Of a stretch of 24,000 bases of DNA, positions 1 through 8,555 are shown one piece after another. How positions within the stretch are numbered: position 1 is the first letter of the stretch; every line of letters begins with the position of its first letter. Source of the stretch: Vibrio algarum (GTDB taxonomy: Bacteria; Pseudomonadota; Gammaproteobacteria; Enterobacterales; Vibrionaceae); the NCBI RefSeq assembly GCF_028204155.1, contig NZ_JAQLOI010000001.1, positions 2,264,832 through 2,288,831 of the forward strand, written 5' to 3'. A program made the position numbers and the translations under genes. The notes beneath the pieces were generated by a model. That model searched no databases. It saw only the letters and a list, made by a program, of their open reading frames with translations, and was not told the origin of the DNA.

Positions 1-878
1 ACCCAAGAGTAATGACGCTCTCCACGGCCGAAGCGATAAGTTTGGGTGTAGGGGCTATCTTAGCGGGTGTTGTCTGCTATGAAGTGTTGTTACGTTCACC
101 GTTAGCCAAAAACAAGACCCTTTTTGTTGTGTCACTCACCGTGGTTGGAGGGTTATTTTTTTATGCCTTCACTGAAATTTTTAGTGGTCGTGGGGCATTT
201 ATTCATATGGGGGCTTTAATAGGCTCAATTATGGTTAATAACGTCTGGCATAAAATTATCCCCGGGCAACGGAAAATGGTGGCTCAGGTTGCTGCTGGAC
301 AAGCCGTTGATCCTGCCCCTGGCCTAGAAGGAAAAAGACGCTCCATTCATAATAACTACCTTACTCTTCCCGTTATCTTTTTAATGATAAGCAACCACTA
401 TCCAATGATTTATCAGCATTCTTTTAGTTGGCTAGTAGCACTGCTTATCATGATAATTAGTGCATGGATACGACACTATTTCAACCTAAAACACACAGGC
501 CAAAATAAACCAAGCGTTTTGCTTTCTGGCATTGCGGCTATGTGCCTGCTTGCTGTTATTGTGAGTGTCCCATCCACCAAATCAATCGATGTGAGTTCCG
601 TTGAAATGAGTGACAACACTTCGCTTAATTCTTTACAAAGTGGTGCATTAGATATTATCGCGGCGCGGTGTTCTACTTGTCATAGCAGCGAACCAACTGA
701 TGATGTGTTTGTTATTGCACCTTCAGGCGTAATATTTGATAACTGGCAAGACATCGAGCGTTGGGCACCCCGAATTCTAGCCCGCTCAGTTGAAACCGCC
801 GATATGCCATTCTTAAATAAAACAGGCATGACAGATGAAGAAAGAAGCCAACTTAAGCAATTGTTAACCGCTCAATAG
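1..878 (+). CDS. puuD: Urate hydroxylase PuuD-like (DUF989) polytopic membrane protein with C-terminal c-type cytochrome domain; 5' partial
   Basis: The frame is open from the window edge: codons at 3-11 upstream of the ATG at 12 contain no stop. About six hydrophobic helices are followed by a soluble C-terminal domain with the heme-binding motif CSTCH (CxxCH). The N-terminal part expected for this family is absent, consistent with truncation by the window. The family call comes from remembered architecture. Confidence 0.6.
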   Translation, partial: PRVMTLSTAEAISLGVGAILAGVVCYEVLLRSPLAKNKTLFVVSLTVVGGLFFYAFTEIFSGRGAFIHMGALIGSIMVNNVWHKIIPGQRKMVAQVAAGQAVDPAPGLEGKRRSIHNNYLTLPVIFLMISNHYPMIYQHSFSWLVALLIMIISAWIRHYFNLKHTGQNKPSVLLSGIAAMCLLAVIVSVPSTKSIDVSSVEMSDNTSLNSLQSGALDIIAARCSTCHSSEPTDDVFVIAPSGVIFDNWQDIERWAPRILARSVETADMPFLNKTGMTDEERSQLKQLLTAQ

Positions 879-884
879 TTCGTC

Positions 885-1781
885 CTATCGGTCATTACAG
901 TCTTCGATTAAAAAGTCGATTAATTTATTTACCCTATTCGTAAGATGCTTACGAGTAGGGTAAATTATATGGATATCCACCTCTCCTGTAACATACCTCT
1001 CCAGTAGCGGTGAAAGCTCACCGCTATCGAGGTAAGGTTGTACAATTATGGAAGGTAGACAGGTAATCCCTTCTCCAGCCAGAGCGGCTTGCATTAACAC
1101 CATCACATCATTGGACTTAAAATGCCCAAAAATTGGGACTTCTATCGGCTCTTGACCAGATTTTTGTGTGGTCGTTTTAAATAACCAATGCTTGCCTAAA
1201 CCAACATGAGTCAAACAAGTATGGGCGGTTAATTGATTTGGTGTAACTGGTCGCCCAAACTCGTTTAAATAGTCTTCTGACGCACAGACGACGGAGTGAC
1301 AACGAGTGAGTTGTCGAGCCACCATGTTTTGATCAAATCTATTCCCTATTTGTATAAAAATATCAAAAGGTTCTTTGGTTAGATCAACATCACGCTCTGT
1401 CAAAACTAACTCAACCGACACTTTTGGAAAGTGAGTTAAAAATCGACGAATGGCAGCTGCAACATAAGCCTGACCAAATGAAACACTGCACGCCACACGG
1501 ATAAGACCTGTCGCTTCTGCATCCTCATTGCTTGTTTTATACATAGCTTCATCATTTAACGAGAGAATTTGTCGGCAATAAGGTAACACCTCTTCACCTG
1601 CGTTAGTTATGTGTAAACTTCTCGAATTTCGATTTAACAATTTGATTGAAAATGATTTTTCGAGCGAAGCAATGTATCGCGTTGCCATCGAACGAGACAT
1701 GTCGAGTTTACTAGCAGCAGCGGTCAAACTGCCTAGGTCAACAACTTCAACAAATACTCGCATCGCTATGAGTCGATCCAT
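885..1781 (-). CDS. LysR-family transcriptional regulator
   Basis: N-terminal wHTH typical of LysR-type regulators (MDRLIAMRVFVEVVDLGSLTAAASKLDMSRSMATRYIASLEKSFSIKLLNRNSRSLHITNAGE). It is about 300 aa with a C-terminal substrate-binding region, and is divergent from the next gene. Confidence 0.9.
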   Translation of the reverse strand: MDRLIAMRVFVEVVDLGSLTAAASKLDMSRSMATRYIASLEKSFSIKLLNRNSRSLHITNAGEEVLPYCRQILSLNDEAMYKTSNEDAEATGLIRVACSVSFGQAYVAAAIRRFLTHFPKVSVELVLTERDVDLTKEPFDIFIQIGNRFDQNMVARQLTRCHSVVCASEDYLNEFGRPVTPNQLTAHTCLTHVGLGKHWLFKTTTQKSGQEPIEVPIFGHFKSNDVMVLMQAALAGEGITCLPSIIVQPYLDSGELSPLLERYVTGEVDIHIIYPTRKHLTNRVNKLIDFLIEDCNDR

Positions 1782-1890
1782 ACCACCTCATGTGACCGAT
1801 TTATGCAACCTTTAGTGGCTTAATATACGGTTTATTAGTTCAAATATTGCAACGATAATACATCAAATCTTATCTCTTTTGGAGTTCCAA

Positions 1891-2865
1891 ATGCTCAAAA
1901 CATTATTGAAGCCACTGCTAATCACTACTGCCCTCTTGAGTTCTGGCGCTTTCGCTCAATCTCAAAACCAACCTTTAACCGCTGAGGCTTTGGTGGGGTG
2001 TCCGTCTGAAACCATCAACGCTGCATTCTCTGAATTTGGCCGCACAGGAAAAATGCCACGTGAACTTAATCGCTGGCTAAATGATCCAAGTGCACAATAT
2101 ATTGAACCCTATGAAGCATTTAAAGATGTTTATAACGTGGGTGTTTGCTGGGTATCTACGTGGTTAATAAATACCAATGATGGGGCCGTACTTATCGATA
2201 CTGGTACTGGTGGATTTGCTGATCAAGTTGTCGAAAACATTGAGGCAGTTGGTGTTGATCCTGCAGATATTAAATTAGTTCTTATGACTCATGGGCATTT
2301 TGATCACACGGGTGGAGCCAGTAAAATTAAATCCCTTTCCAATGCACGCTTTGTTATGAGCGAAAAAGGTTGGCAAGAAGCATTAAACGATGCGAAGAAA
2401 AAACCAAAAGCCTACTGGAATGGCGTATTTTTACCTGAAGCTGACATCATTGCCCAAGACGGGGATAAATTTACTGTCGGTGATCGAGAGTTTGAACTAT
2501 TACTTACACCCGGGCACACATGGGGCACGGCATCTTATCTATTTGATGTTAAAGACGGAGAAAGTACCTACAAAGCCATTTCGATTGGCGGGTTAGGATT
2601 AAATGCTATTGATGGTCCTGAGCAAGTTGAAACCTATATCCAAAGCGTCGAAAAAATAGAAAAGCTTGTTGAAGATGAGAGTAACCCTATTACCGTCCAC
2701 TTAACTGCTCACCCATTTAGTAATGGTATGACGGAAGCAAGTCAACGCCTAAAAACCCGACAAGATGGAGAACCGCACCCGTTTGTTGATCAACAAGGAT
2801 TAATTAAGCAATTAGAGGCATTGAAAGCAGGTGCTCAAGATCGCTTAATTCTCGAATCTAAATAG
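1891..2865 (+). CDS. Secreted MBL-fold metallo-hydrolase, subclass-B3 metallo-beta-lactamase-like
   Basis: Signal peptide MLKTLLKPLLITTALLSSGAFA/QS. Zn motifs HGHFDH (HxHxDH), TPGHTWG and LTAHPFS occur in the order seen in B3 enzymes. GGAG lies 6 nt upstream of the ATG at 1891. The ORF-track start at 1879 is a TTG and looks less likely. Confidence 0.8.
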   Translation: MLKTLLKPLLITTALLSSGAFAQSQNQPLTAEALVGCPSETINAAFSEFGRTGKMPRELNRWLNDPSAQYIEPYEAFKDVYNVGVCWVSTWLINTNDGAVLIDTGTGGFADQVVENIEAVGVDPADIKLVLMTHGHFDHTGGASKIKSLSNARFVMSEKGWQEALNDAKKKPKAYWNGVFLPEADIIAQDGDKFTVGDREFELLLTPGHTWGTASYLFDVKDGESTYKAISIGGLGLNAIDGPEQVETYIQSVEKIEKLVEDESNPITVHLTAHPFSNGMTEASQRLKTRQDGEPHPFVDQQGLIKQLEALKAGAQDRLILESK

Positions 2866-2890
2866 GCTAGAAACGAATAAACATAAACTA

Positions 2891-2930
2891 TTGATACCCA
2901 TGTCCCCCTTTTAATGTGCATGGGCATCAA
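2891..2930. repeat. Imperfect inverted repeat (12-nt arms, 1 mismatch, 16-nt loop) downstream of the MBL-like gene
   Basis: ttgatacccatg (2891-2902) pairs with catgggcatcaa (2919-2930). No T-tract follows, so it is at best a weak terminator. Confidence 0.35.
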
Positions 2931-3001
2931 TATCCGCTCTATTGTCGAATAGACATCACTGTTACACTATTGTTAATTTATACCCATCATAAAGAGACAA
3001 T

Positions 3002-3361
3002 ATGAAGTTTATCCGTTGGTTTTTAGGGAAAGTTATTCTGACCTTAAGTTTTATTTTTTCACCTAAAGGCATTAAGCGAAGCGAAGAATTACAAAAAGAA
3101 CTCGATAAAAAAGCAAGCTCACTGGCTTTGTATCAATTTGAAGCCTGTCCATTTTGTGTGAAAGTGCGTCGTGCAATGCAACGTCAATCTATTACCTTTG
3201 ATCTTCGTGATGCGAAAAATAACCCAACTCACAGGGAAGCGTTATTGACTCACGGTGGCGCACTTAAAGTGCCATGTCTACGAATAGATAACGGTGACGA
3301 AACAACCTGGATGTATGAATCATCCGATATCGTGGCCTATTTAGAAAAAGAGTTCGCTTAA
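3002..3361 (+). CDS. Glutaredoxin-family protein with N-terminal hydrophobic anchor
   Basis: The CPFC active-site motif (FEACPFCVKVRRAM) sits in a thioredoxin-fold-sized domain. A hydrophobic N-terminus precedes it (MKFIRWFLGKVILTLSFIF). Confidence 0.75.
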   Translation: MKFIRWFLGKVILTLSFIFSPKGIKRSEELQKELDKKASSLALYQFEACPFCVKVRRAMQRQSITFDLRDAKNNPTHREALLTHGGALKVPCLRIDNGDETTWMYESSDIVAYLEKEFA

Positions 3362-3454
3362 AAGTTTATCGATAACAAGAACCACTGTAACTTACACTAT
3401 AATGCCTACATCCTAATCCCGTGTAGGCGTTATAATGATGAGTGTTAGAGTCAA

Positions 3455-4483
3455 TTATTCAAGAGACTTGCGACTTTTCGGCATGGGTGAAAAATAACCC
3501 ACGAGTACCATTACGACACCAACGAAAATAATCGCAAATACCATCACAATGGTATCTCTATTACTCAAATCCAAAACAAGCAACTTAAGAACAGTGACCG
3601 CAAATAATATTGCTCCAACCCACCAGATTCTCACACTGCCAAATCGAGAACCAATGCCCGTCGCCATCATCGCTATAACACTCCAAAGTATGGCTAACCC
3701 AGCCTGAAAAACACCTGAATGCCACAATGAGAATAGATCATAACTCGCAAGTGTATAGTGACTAACTCCGCGACCTAACGCACTGTGAGCAAAAATAACC
3801 CCCGAAAAAGCCACCCAAATTGACACCAATTTTGTTTTGCCTAATTGAATTTTAAAATAATTAGTGAGAACAACTTGAGCGTTTTTATGGCGCAGACAAT
3901 GAACAACAAATAACATTGACGCCATGGAGGTAAGCTCTAACGGATTCAAAATTGGTAGCCATATGACATCGGCGATGGATACTTCAAATATTGGCAATGT
4001 ACACAGTATAAAACTCGCAATAATCGCTAAAAATGGAAGCACAATAACTTGTTGGTATAATGGTTGGTAAACTTTTAGCGGCCATCGGGTGAGCAATTTA
4101 GGCTGATAACAAGCCACAATGAACCCAACCAACAACCAAGGTAGTAATAGTAACGTCTCTTCAACATTCAAAGACAACACTTGATTGAAATAAGCAATGC
4201 AGCATAAAGCGAGTCCCCAAAAATGAGTTGCGTGATAACAAAAGACAACCTGTTTTTTTATTGCCTTGCGCTTTACCAACTCTAGTAACACTCTGTTTAA
4301 ATCGAGTTTCATGAATGCATAAAGCACACTAAATATTCCCACAATTAAACCACCCCGCTCAACCCAATCGATTTGAGTTTGTGACCCAATTGCAAATGCG
4401 ATTAACAACACAACCCAAAGAGGGAAAGCCAAAATAGCTGAGTGATTACCACCCACTTCGTTGCTCGATATAAAGCGAAGCAA
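3455..4483 (-). CDS. Polytopic membrane protein, probable C-terminal portion of a DUF2339-like protein (separate frame, TTG start in ORF track)
   Basis: The product is almost entirely hydrophobic helices. It overlaps the upstream ORF by 82 nt in another frame. This frame is open upstream to 4522 and its only listed start is a TTG. Confidence 0.5.
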   Translation of the reverse strand: MLRFISSNEVGGNHSAILAFPLWVVLLIAFAIGSQTQIDWVERGGLIVGIFSVLYAFMKLDLNRVLLELVKRKAIKKQVVFCYHATHFWGLALCCIAYFNQVLSLNVEETLLLLPWLLVGFIVACYQPKLLTRWPLKVYQPLYQQVIVLPFLAIIASFILCTLPIFEVSIADVIWLPILNPLELTSMASMLFVVHCLRHKNAQVVLTNYFKIQLGKTKLVSIWVAFSGVIFAHSALGRGVSHYTLASYDLFSLWHSGVFQAGLAILWSVIAMMATGIGSRFGSVRIWWVGAILFAVTVLKLLVLDLSNRDTIVMVFAIIFVGVVMVLVGYFSPMPKSRKSLE

Positions 4484-6534
4484 GCCAGAAGAGTGACAAA
4501 GAAATAAGTCACGAGAATGAATTCAATGCTGTCATGCCAATTTGCACGCGTAGAAGCAATAATGACAAACACACCGAGCAATACATTCAACCACGCCATC
4601 GAACATAGTGAGACTACTTTCTGTTTAATAGGGAAACTCGTTTTATACAACAGTGCCACTGAAACAATAGTGGCAAATCCACTGATAATAAGATCTCTGC
4701 ATGACGTAATCACAAAATAAATCGTCACTATGAGAGGCAAAAGCAATGTTCCCCAACTGAATTGGGAACGAGAAAACTGATGACCAACAAATAGAAGTAC
4801 AGTCACAAAAATAAATTGAATAAAGAGCAGTGAATGAACATCCACCAGCATGACCCATAACCAAGGGATAACCGTCAAGAGAACAATGGCCGCCATCGCA
4901 CATTGGCTTATCGTCTCTCTGGCTAGAGAAAACCGGCTCGTTTTATAGCTGAACGACCAATCAGAGACATAGTAGGCCAACACCAAACATATCAGCATTA
5001 ATTGAATGATCCACGACCATATCACGGTAGGATAAAACAAAATGTCTTCATGTAGTTGATATAGTTGATAGAAACTCGCCATTAGAAAAGCGAGCCCCAC
5101 TAATGCAAATTTACTTCGAACCTGTTTATTACTTAACCAGAGAATCATCGCCGCTTTCAACGCGTAAATAGCCGCGGTAAACGTCGCACTAAAGAACACC
5201 GGAATAGCCACAGCCAAAAATAGCAGGGCAAAAGCTTTGTATACATAAACGAGTTGGCTGTTTTTCTGTAACTTAGACGTCGTGAACGCAGCGACGGTAT
5301 AACAGACAAACAAAAACAACGATGAATAGGCCGTATATTCAGCGACCGTTGCTGTTGCTGTGTAAAAAAGAGCATAAGTAGTAAGGGGTAGCGTGAAGAC
5401 CAATACGCTCGATATAACTTGTTTTCTGTTAGAAAAGTCTTCGCATGCATGTGAATGAGCCAATAAAAAGTACAAGAAGAAATAGCTTGCTAAGAACGGC
5501 AGCGTTTCCCACATCAGAGAGGAGTGATAAGAAAACACCAGCCAAAATTCAACTAAAACAAAAGTGCAAATAACCCCTGATTTTTCTAAGAAATACCATT
5601 TTTTCTTATAAGCTAAGAAAACAAGGCCGAGATTCAGCAACAAGTAATAACCGAGCAAAATGAGATGATTACCTGTTGCCTCTGTCGATAACAACACTGG
5701 GACAGCAAAACCGGCTAATGCCGCCACTACCGCCATTATTTGAGCATTTTGTAGCAGAGCAAGTAGCGTCGTGATAACAACGAGCACAGACAATAACAAG
5801 AAGGTTAATTCAATGGGTATTAGAGCAAAATAACGGCCTGCAGCGATAACCACAAGATACAACACCGCCATTCCACTTCCTTGCAATGCCACACCAAAAT
5901 AATTCGGTTTTTTCCGCAGTCGCCAACCTAACCCGACACAACAAAAACCAGCAACGGCTATCGCAGACAATTTAAACCATAACGGTACGCTAAACGCCTG
6001 ATAAGTGAGCTTAATTAAAAATGACAAGCCGACAAAAACAATCCCTAACCCCACTAACGCTATTGGACTGATTTTGCCCACGAGCCGAGCCATCGGTTCA
6101 GGCAGCCTCTTTTTAATGCTACTTAAAAAACCAAAAAGTTTTTCGGAATAACTGATTGATTCTCCGGCTAACACAACCTTTTCAGCTCCCATCACGTTGT
6201 AGTCTGGTTGTATAACTGTAGGTTTTGAGACGGTTTCGATCGAATTTGAACCTACTTTATTAGGCATCAAATTCGCTTCTACCGATGTTATTGGTTCTTC
6301 TTTATGTGTTGAATCGATTTCATCAACACCTGATGATTCACTCTCAGAACGAGGCCGAGTTTGTTGCATTTCAAATTCTAAGCGCAATAACTCGTGGTCG
6401 GTTTTAAGGCGTTCTAGTTGTTCTCGCAGTTTGTCGATAACTATATTTAATGATTTTGCTTTATTGAATGCGACAATAGATAAGATAATTGGTGACACTA
6501 AAACACAAATGGCTAAAAGGATTAATATGTCCAT
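4402..6534 (-). CDS. Polytopic membrane protein, DUF2339-like (N-terminal TM helix, coiled coil, then many TM helices)
   Basis: An N-terminal TM helix (MDILILLAICVLVSPIILSIVAF) is followed by a coiled-coil stretch (KLREQLERLKTDHELLRLEFEMQ), a low-complexity linker and more than 15 hydrophobic helices. The DUF2339 assignment rests on remembered architecture only. Confidence 0.6.
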   Translation of the reverse strand: MDILILLAICVLVSPIILSIVAFNKAKSLNIVIDKLREQLERLKTDHELLRLEFEMQQTRPRSESESSGVDEIDSTHKEEPITSVEANLMPNKVGSNSIETVSKPTVIQPDYNVMGAEKVVLAGESISYSEKLFGFLSSIKKRLPEPMARLVGKISPIALVGLGIVFVGLSFLIKLTYQAFSVPLWFKLSAIAVAGFCCVGLGWRLRKKPNYFGVALQGSGMAVLYLVVIAAGRYFALIPIELTFLLLSVLVVITTLLALLQNAQIMAVVAALAGFAVPVLLSTEATGNHLILLGYYLLLNLGLVFLAYKKKWYFLEKSGVICTFVLVEFWLVFSYHSSLMWETLPFLASYFFLYFLLAHSHACEDFSNRKQVISSVLVFTLPLTTYALFYTATATVAEYTAYSSLFLFVCYTVAAFTTSKLQKNSQLVYVYKAFALLFLAVAIPVFFSATFTAAIYALKAAMILWLSNKQVRSKFALVGLAFLMASFYQLYQLHEDILFYPTVIWSWIIQLMLICLVLAYYVSDWSFSYKTSRFSLARETISQCAMAAIVLLTVIPWLWVMLVDVHSLLFIQFIFVTVLLFVGHQFSRSQFSWGTLLLPLIVTIYFVITSCRDLIISGFATIVSVALLYKTSFPIKQKVVSLCSMAWLNVLLGVFVIIASTRANWHDSIEFILVTYFFVTLLACFALYRATKWVVITQLFWLSLFGLCC

Positions 6535-6658
6535 AGATTATAGGCATTAAACATTAGAGGTTGTTGCTGCAGGCTATCATAGGGCATTATTAAAAAATAA
6601 TTATATAGGTATTATTTTCACACCAATCATAAAAATTTGATATTGGTTCGAAATAAAA

Positions 6659-7387
6659 TCACAAATACAGTGGTGCCATTTTTCGCCAATAATAACCTCG
6701 GTGTGCTCGACCTTCCCATTCATACATTCGGTGAGGGACACCTTTCTGATTGAGGATTTGGCTCATCAAATGGTTGTTTTGTAAAAAAGGATCTTGGTTT
6801 CCAATAGTAAACACGATGTCACTGCTGTCTATTTGATGTAGCCTTTCTGGACATTCTAGATTTTGTAGGAAATGAGACGGTGTATTGTAATAGATGTCTT
6901 CGTTATAAAAGCCATCAAACTGATTGCCAAAACAGTCCACTTGCCACGTAAGATCATATCGACCAGAAAATGCAGCCAACTTACTGAATAAATGTGGATG
7001 ACGAAAGAATATATTTGCCGCATGAAACGCGCCAAGCGAACAACCATGAGCGATAGTACAGGAATGATCATTTTTATGAGCCATCAATGGCAACACTTCC
7101 TGCAAAATGTATTCTTCATATTGCTGATGACGGTTAATTCGACCATGGGGATGAGCCCAAAAGCAGTAAATACTTTCGGCATCGACACTGTCTACGCAAT
7201 ATAGCTGTAATTGACCCGAATTTATTTTTTCTGCTAACGAGTTTACCAACCCTATTTGCTCGTATTCAAAAAACCTTCCGCCTCGAGTAGGAAAAACCAA
7301 CACCTTAGCGCCAGCATGTCCGAAAACAAGCAGTTCCATGGTGCGATTTAAATTAGGACTCCACCAACAGTGGTATTCACGATGCAT
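6659..7387 (-). CDS. Esterase-family alpha/beta hydrolase (PF00756-like putative esterase)
   Basis: Nucleophile elbow GCSLG (GxSxG) and an N-terminal pattern typical of this family (WWSPNLNRTMELLVFGHAGAKVLVFPT). The start codon lies 2 nt after the upstream gene's stop. Confidence 0.7.
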   Translation of the reverse strand: MHREYHCWWSPNLNRTMELLVFGHAGAKVLVFPTRGGRFFEYEQIGLVNSLAEKINSGQLQLYCVDSVDAESIYCFWAHPHGRINRHQQYEEYILQEVLPLMAHKNDHSCTIAHGCSLGAFHAANIFFRHPHLFSKLAAFSGRYDLTWQVDCFGNQFDGFYNEDIYYNTPSHFLQNLECPERLHQIDSSDIVFTIGNQDPFLQNNHLMSQILNQKGVPHRMYEWEGRAHRGYYWRKMAPLYL

Positions 7388-7389
7388 CT

Positions 7390-8355
7390 TTAGACCCTAA
7401 CGTTAAAAAATTGTTCGAGATTACGCCGCAACTCTCGTTTTTGTTTACCTTGACCTATGTAGACAAAATGTCCTGCATCTAACGAATAGAGTTGTTTATG
7501 ACCACGACAAGCATTGTAAACACTGTATTGGCCTGGTGGCGCAACAAACGGGTCAAATCTAGCCAACGCCCAATGAGTCGGTTGGAGTAAATAGCGGGCA
7601 GCAACCGAAGCATCAAAAAACGGTAAGGTTTCGGCAACAATGTCGGCATGTTTTACGGCAAAATCACGTACCGATTGTGTGCTACCAATACAAGGTAAAG
7701 CCATACGAACTTTTAGGTTTCCGAAGGTAGGCACATGAAAATGTGCTCTCTTAATTCTTGAATCAAATGCGCTTGCAAATACCCCAAGACCACCACCAAA
7801 ACTACTACCACAAAAACCTATATTGCCAGAAGTCTGAGGAAATAGGCTCAATAGAGCGGAGACTCCACACCAAATGTCTTGAACACAACCTCCAAGAATA
7901 TACTTATCTTTATCTTGTATATCATGAAGAACGTGCCATTTCGACTCACTAGATATTGGCGCACGAGCACTTCGGCCAATGCCTCGCATACAGGGTATTA
8001 GCAGCGCTGTATTTTTTAAAATCCAACTACTATCAGGCGATTCAATACCACCATAACCATGTGCCCAAACTAAAGCCTTTTCCACCTGACCGGTTGAAGG
8101 TAGCAACAGCCAACCGCCAATTCTAATCCCCTCTGCTGAGTCGTAATAACAATCAAATATGCGCCAACTATTTTCTATCCGGCCCGTGTCTTGAATGCTT
8201 AAGAAAGGTTTAATCGTTAACGCTTGTTGATATTTTCTTTGCCAAAATTCTGTAAAACCTTGTGGTTCTTGACCAGGCTCGACCGTCAATAATTGCTTGT
8301 TGTCATACCCGTAACTTGGGTCAAAATCGAATTCGTGCTGAAAAATAGTGAGCAT
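7390..8355 (-). CDS. Acetylxylan esterase / cephalosporin-C deacetylase-like (AXE1/CE7-like) alpha/beta hydrolase
   Basis: The N-terminal pattern FDFDPSYGY..LL.VEP..EP.GFTEFW is typical of AXE1-like proteins. It has the GxSxG elbow GSSFGGG and a C-terminal DAGH. Confidence 0.65.
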   Translation of the reverse strand: MLTIFQHEFDFDPSYGYDNKQLLTVEPGQEPQGFTEFWQRKYQQALTIKPFLSIQDTGRIENSWRIFDCYYDSAEGIRIGGWLLLPSTGQVEKALVWAHGYGGIESPDSSWILKNTALLIPCMRGIGRSARAPISSESKWHVLHDIQDKDKYILGGCVQDIWCGVSALLSLFPQTSGNIGFCGSSFGGGLGVFASAFDSRIKRAHFHVPTFGNLKVRMALPCIGSTQSVRDFAVKHADIVAETLPFFDASVAARYLLQPTHWALARFDPFVAPPGQYSVYNACRGHKQLYSLDAGHFVYIGQGKQKRELRRNLEQFFNVRV

Positions 8356-8555
8356 AACGACCTTAGTGCTAACGTTTAATACCAGTTTATAAACCTTATG
8401 TTACAACAATATAAAGTTTATGATCACTATTGAGTAAAATTGATTACTAAACTATCTTTCTTTATTAACCTATAGGTTGCAGGTTTAAACATTAACTGCG
8501 AATCTTAATGTATTATGATATTGGCAAGTACTCCTATTAATTATTTAGAGCATTT

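Noticed and set aside
1879-1890. TTG at 1879 given as the MBL-like gene start in the ORF track (MEFQML...)
   Set aside because: The ATG at 1891 is preceded by GGAG at optimal spacing and yields a canonical signal peptide starting MLKTLL. The TTG overlaps that Shine-Dalgarno, so the extension is unlikely.
3401-3431. Hairpin aatgcctaca-N11-tgtaggcgtt between the convergent glutaredoxin-like and membrane-protein genes
   Set aside because: It is a plausible stem, but no T-tract follows on either strand, so I could not support calling it an intrinsic terminator.
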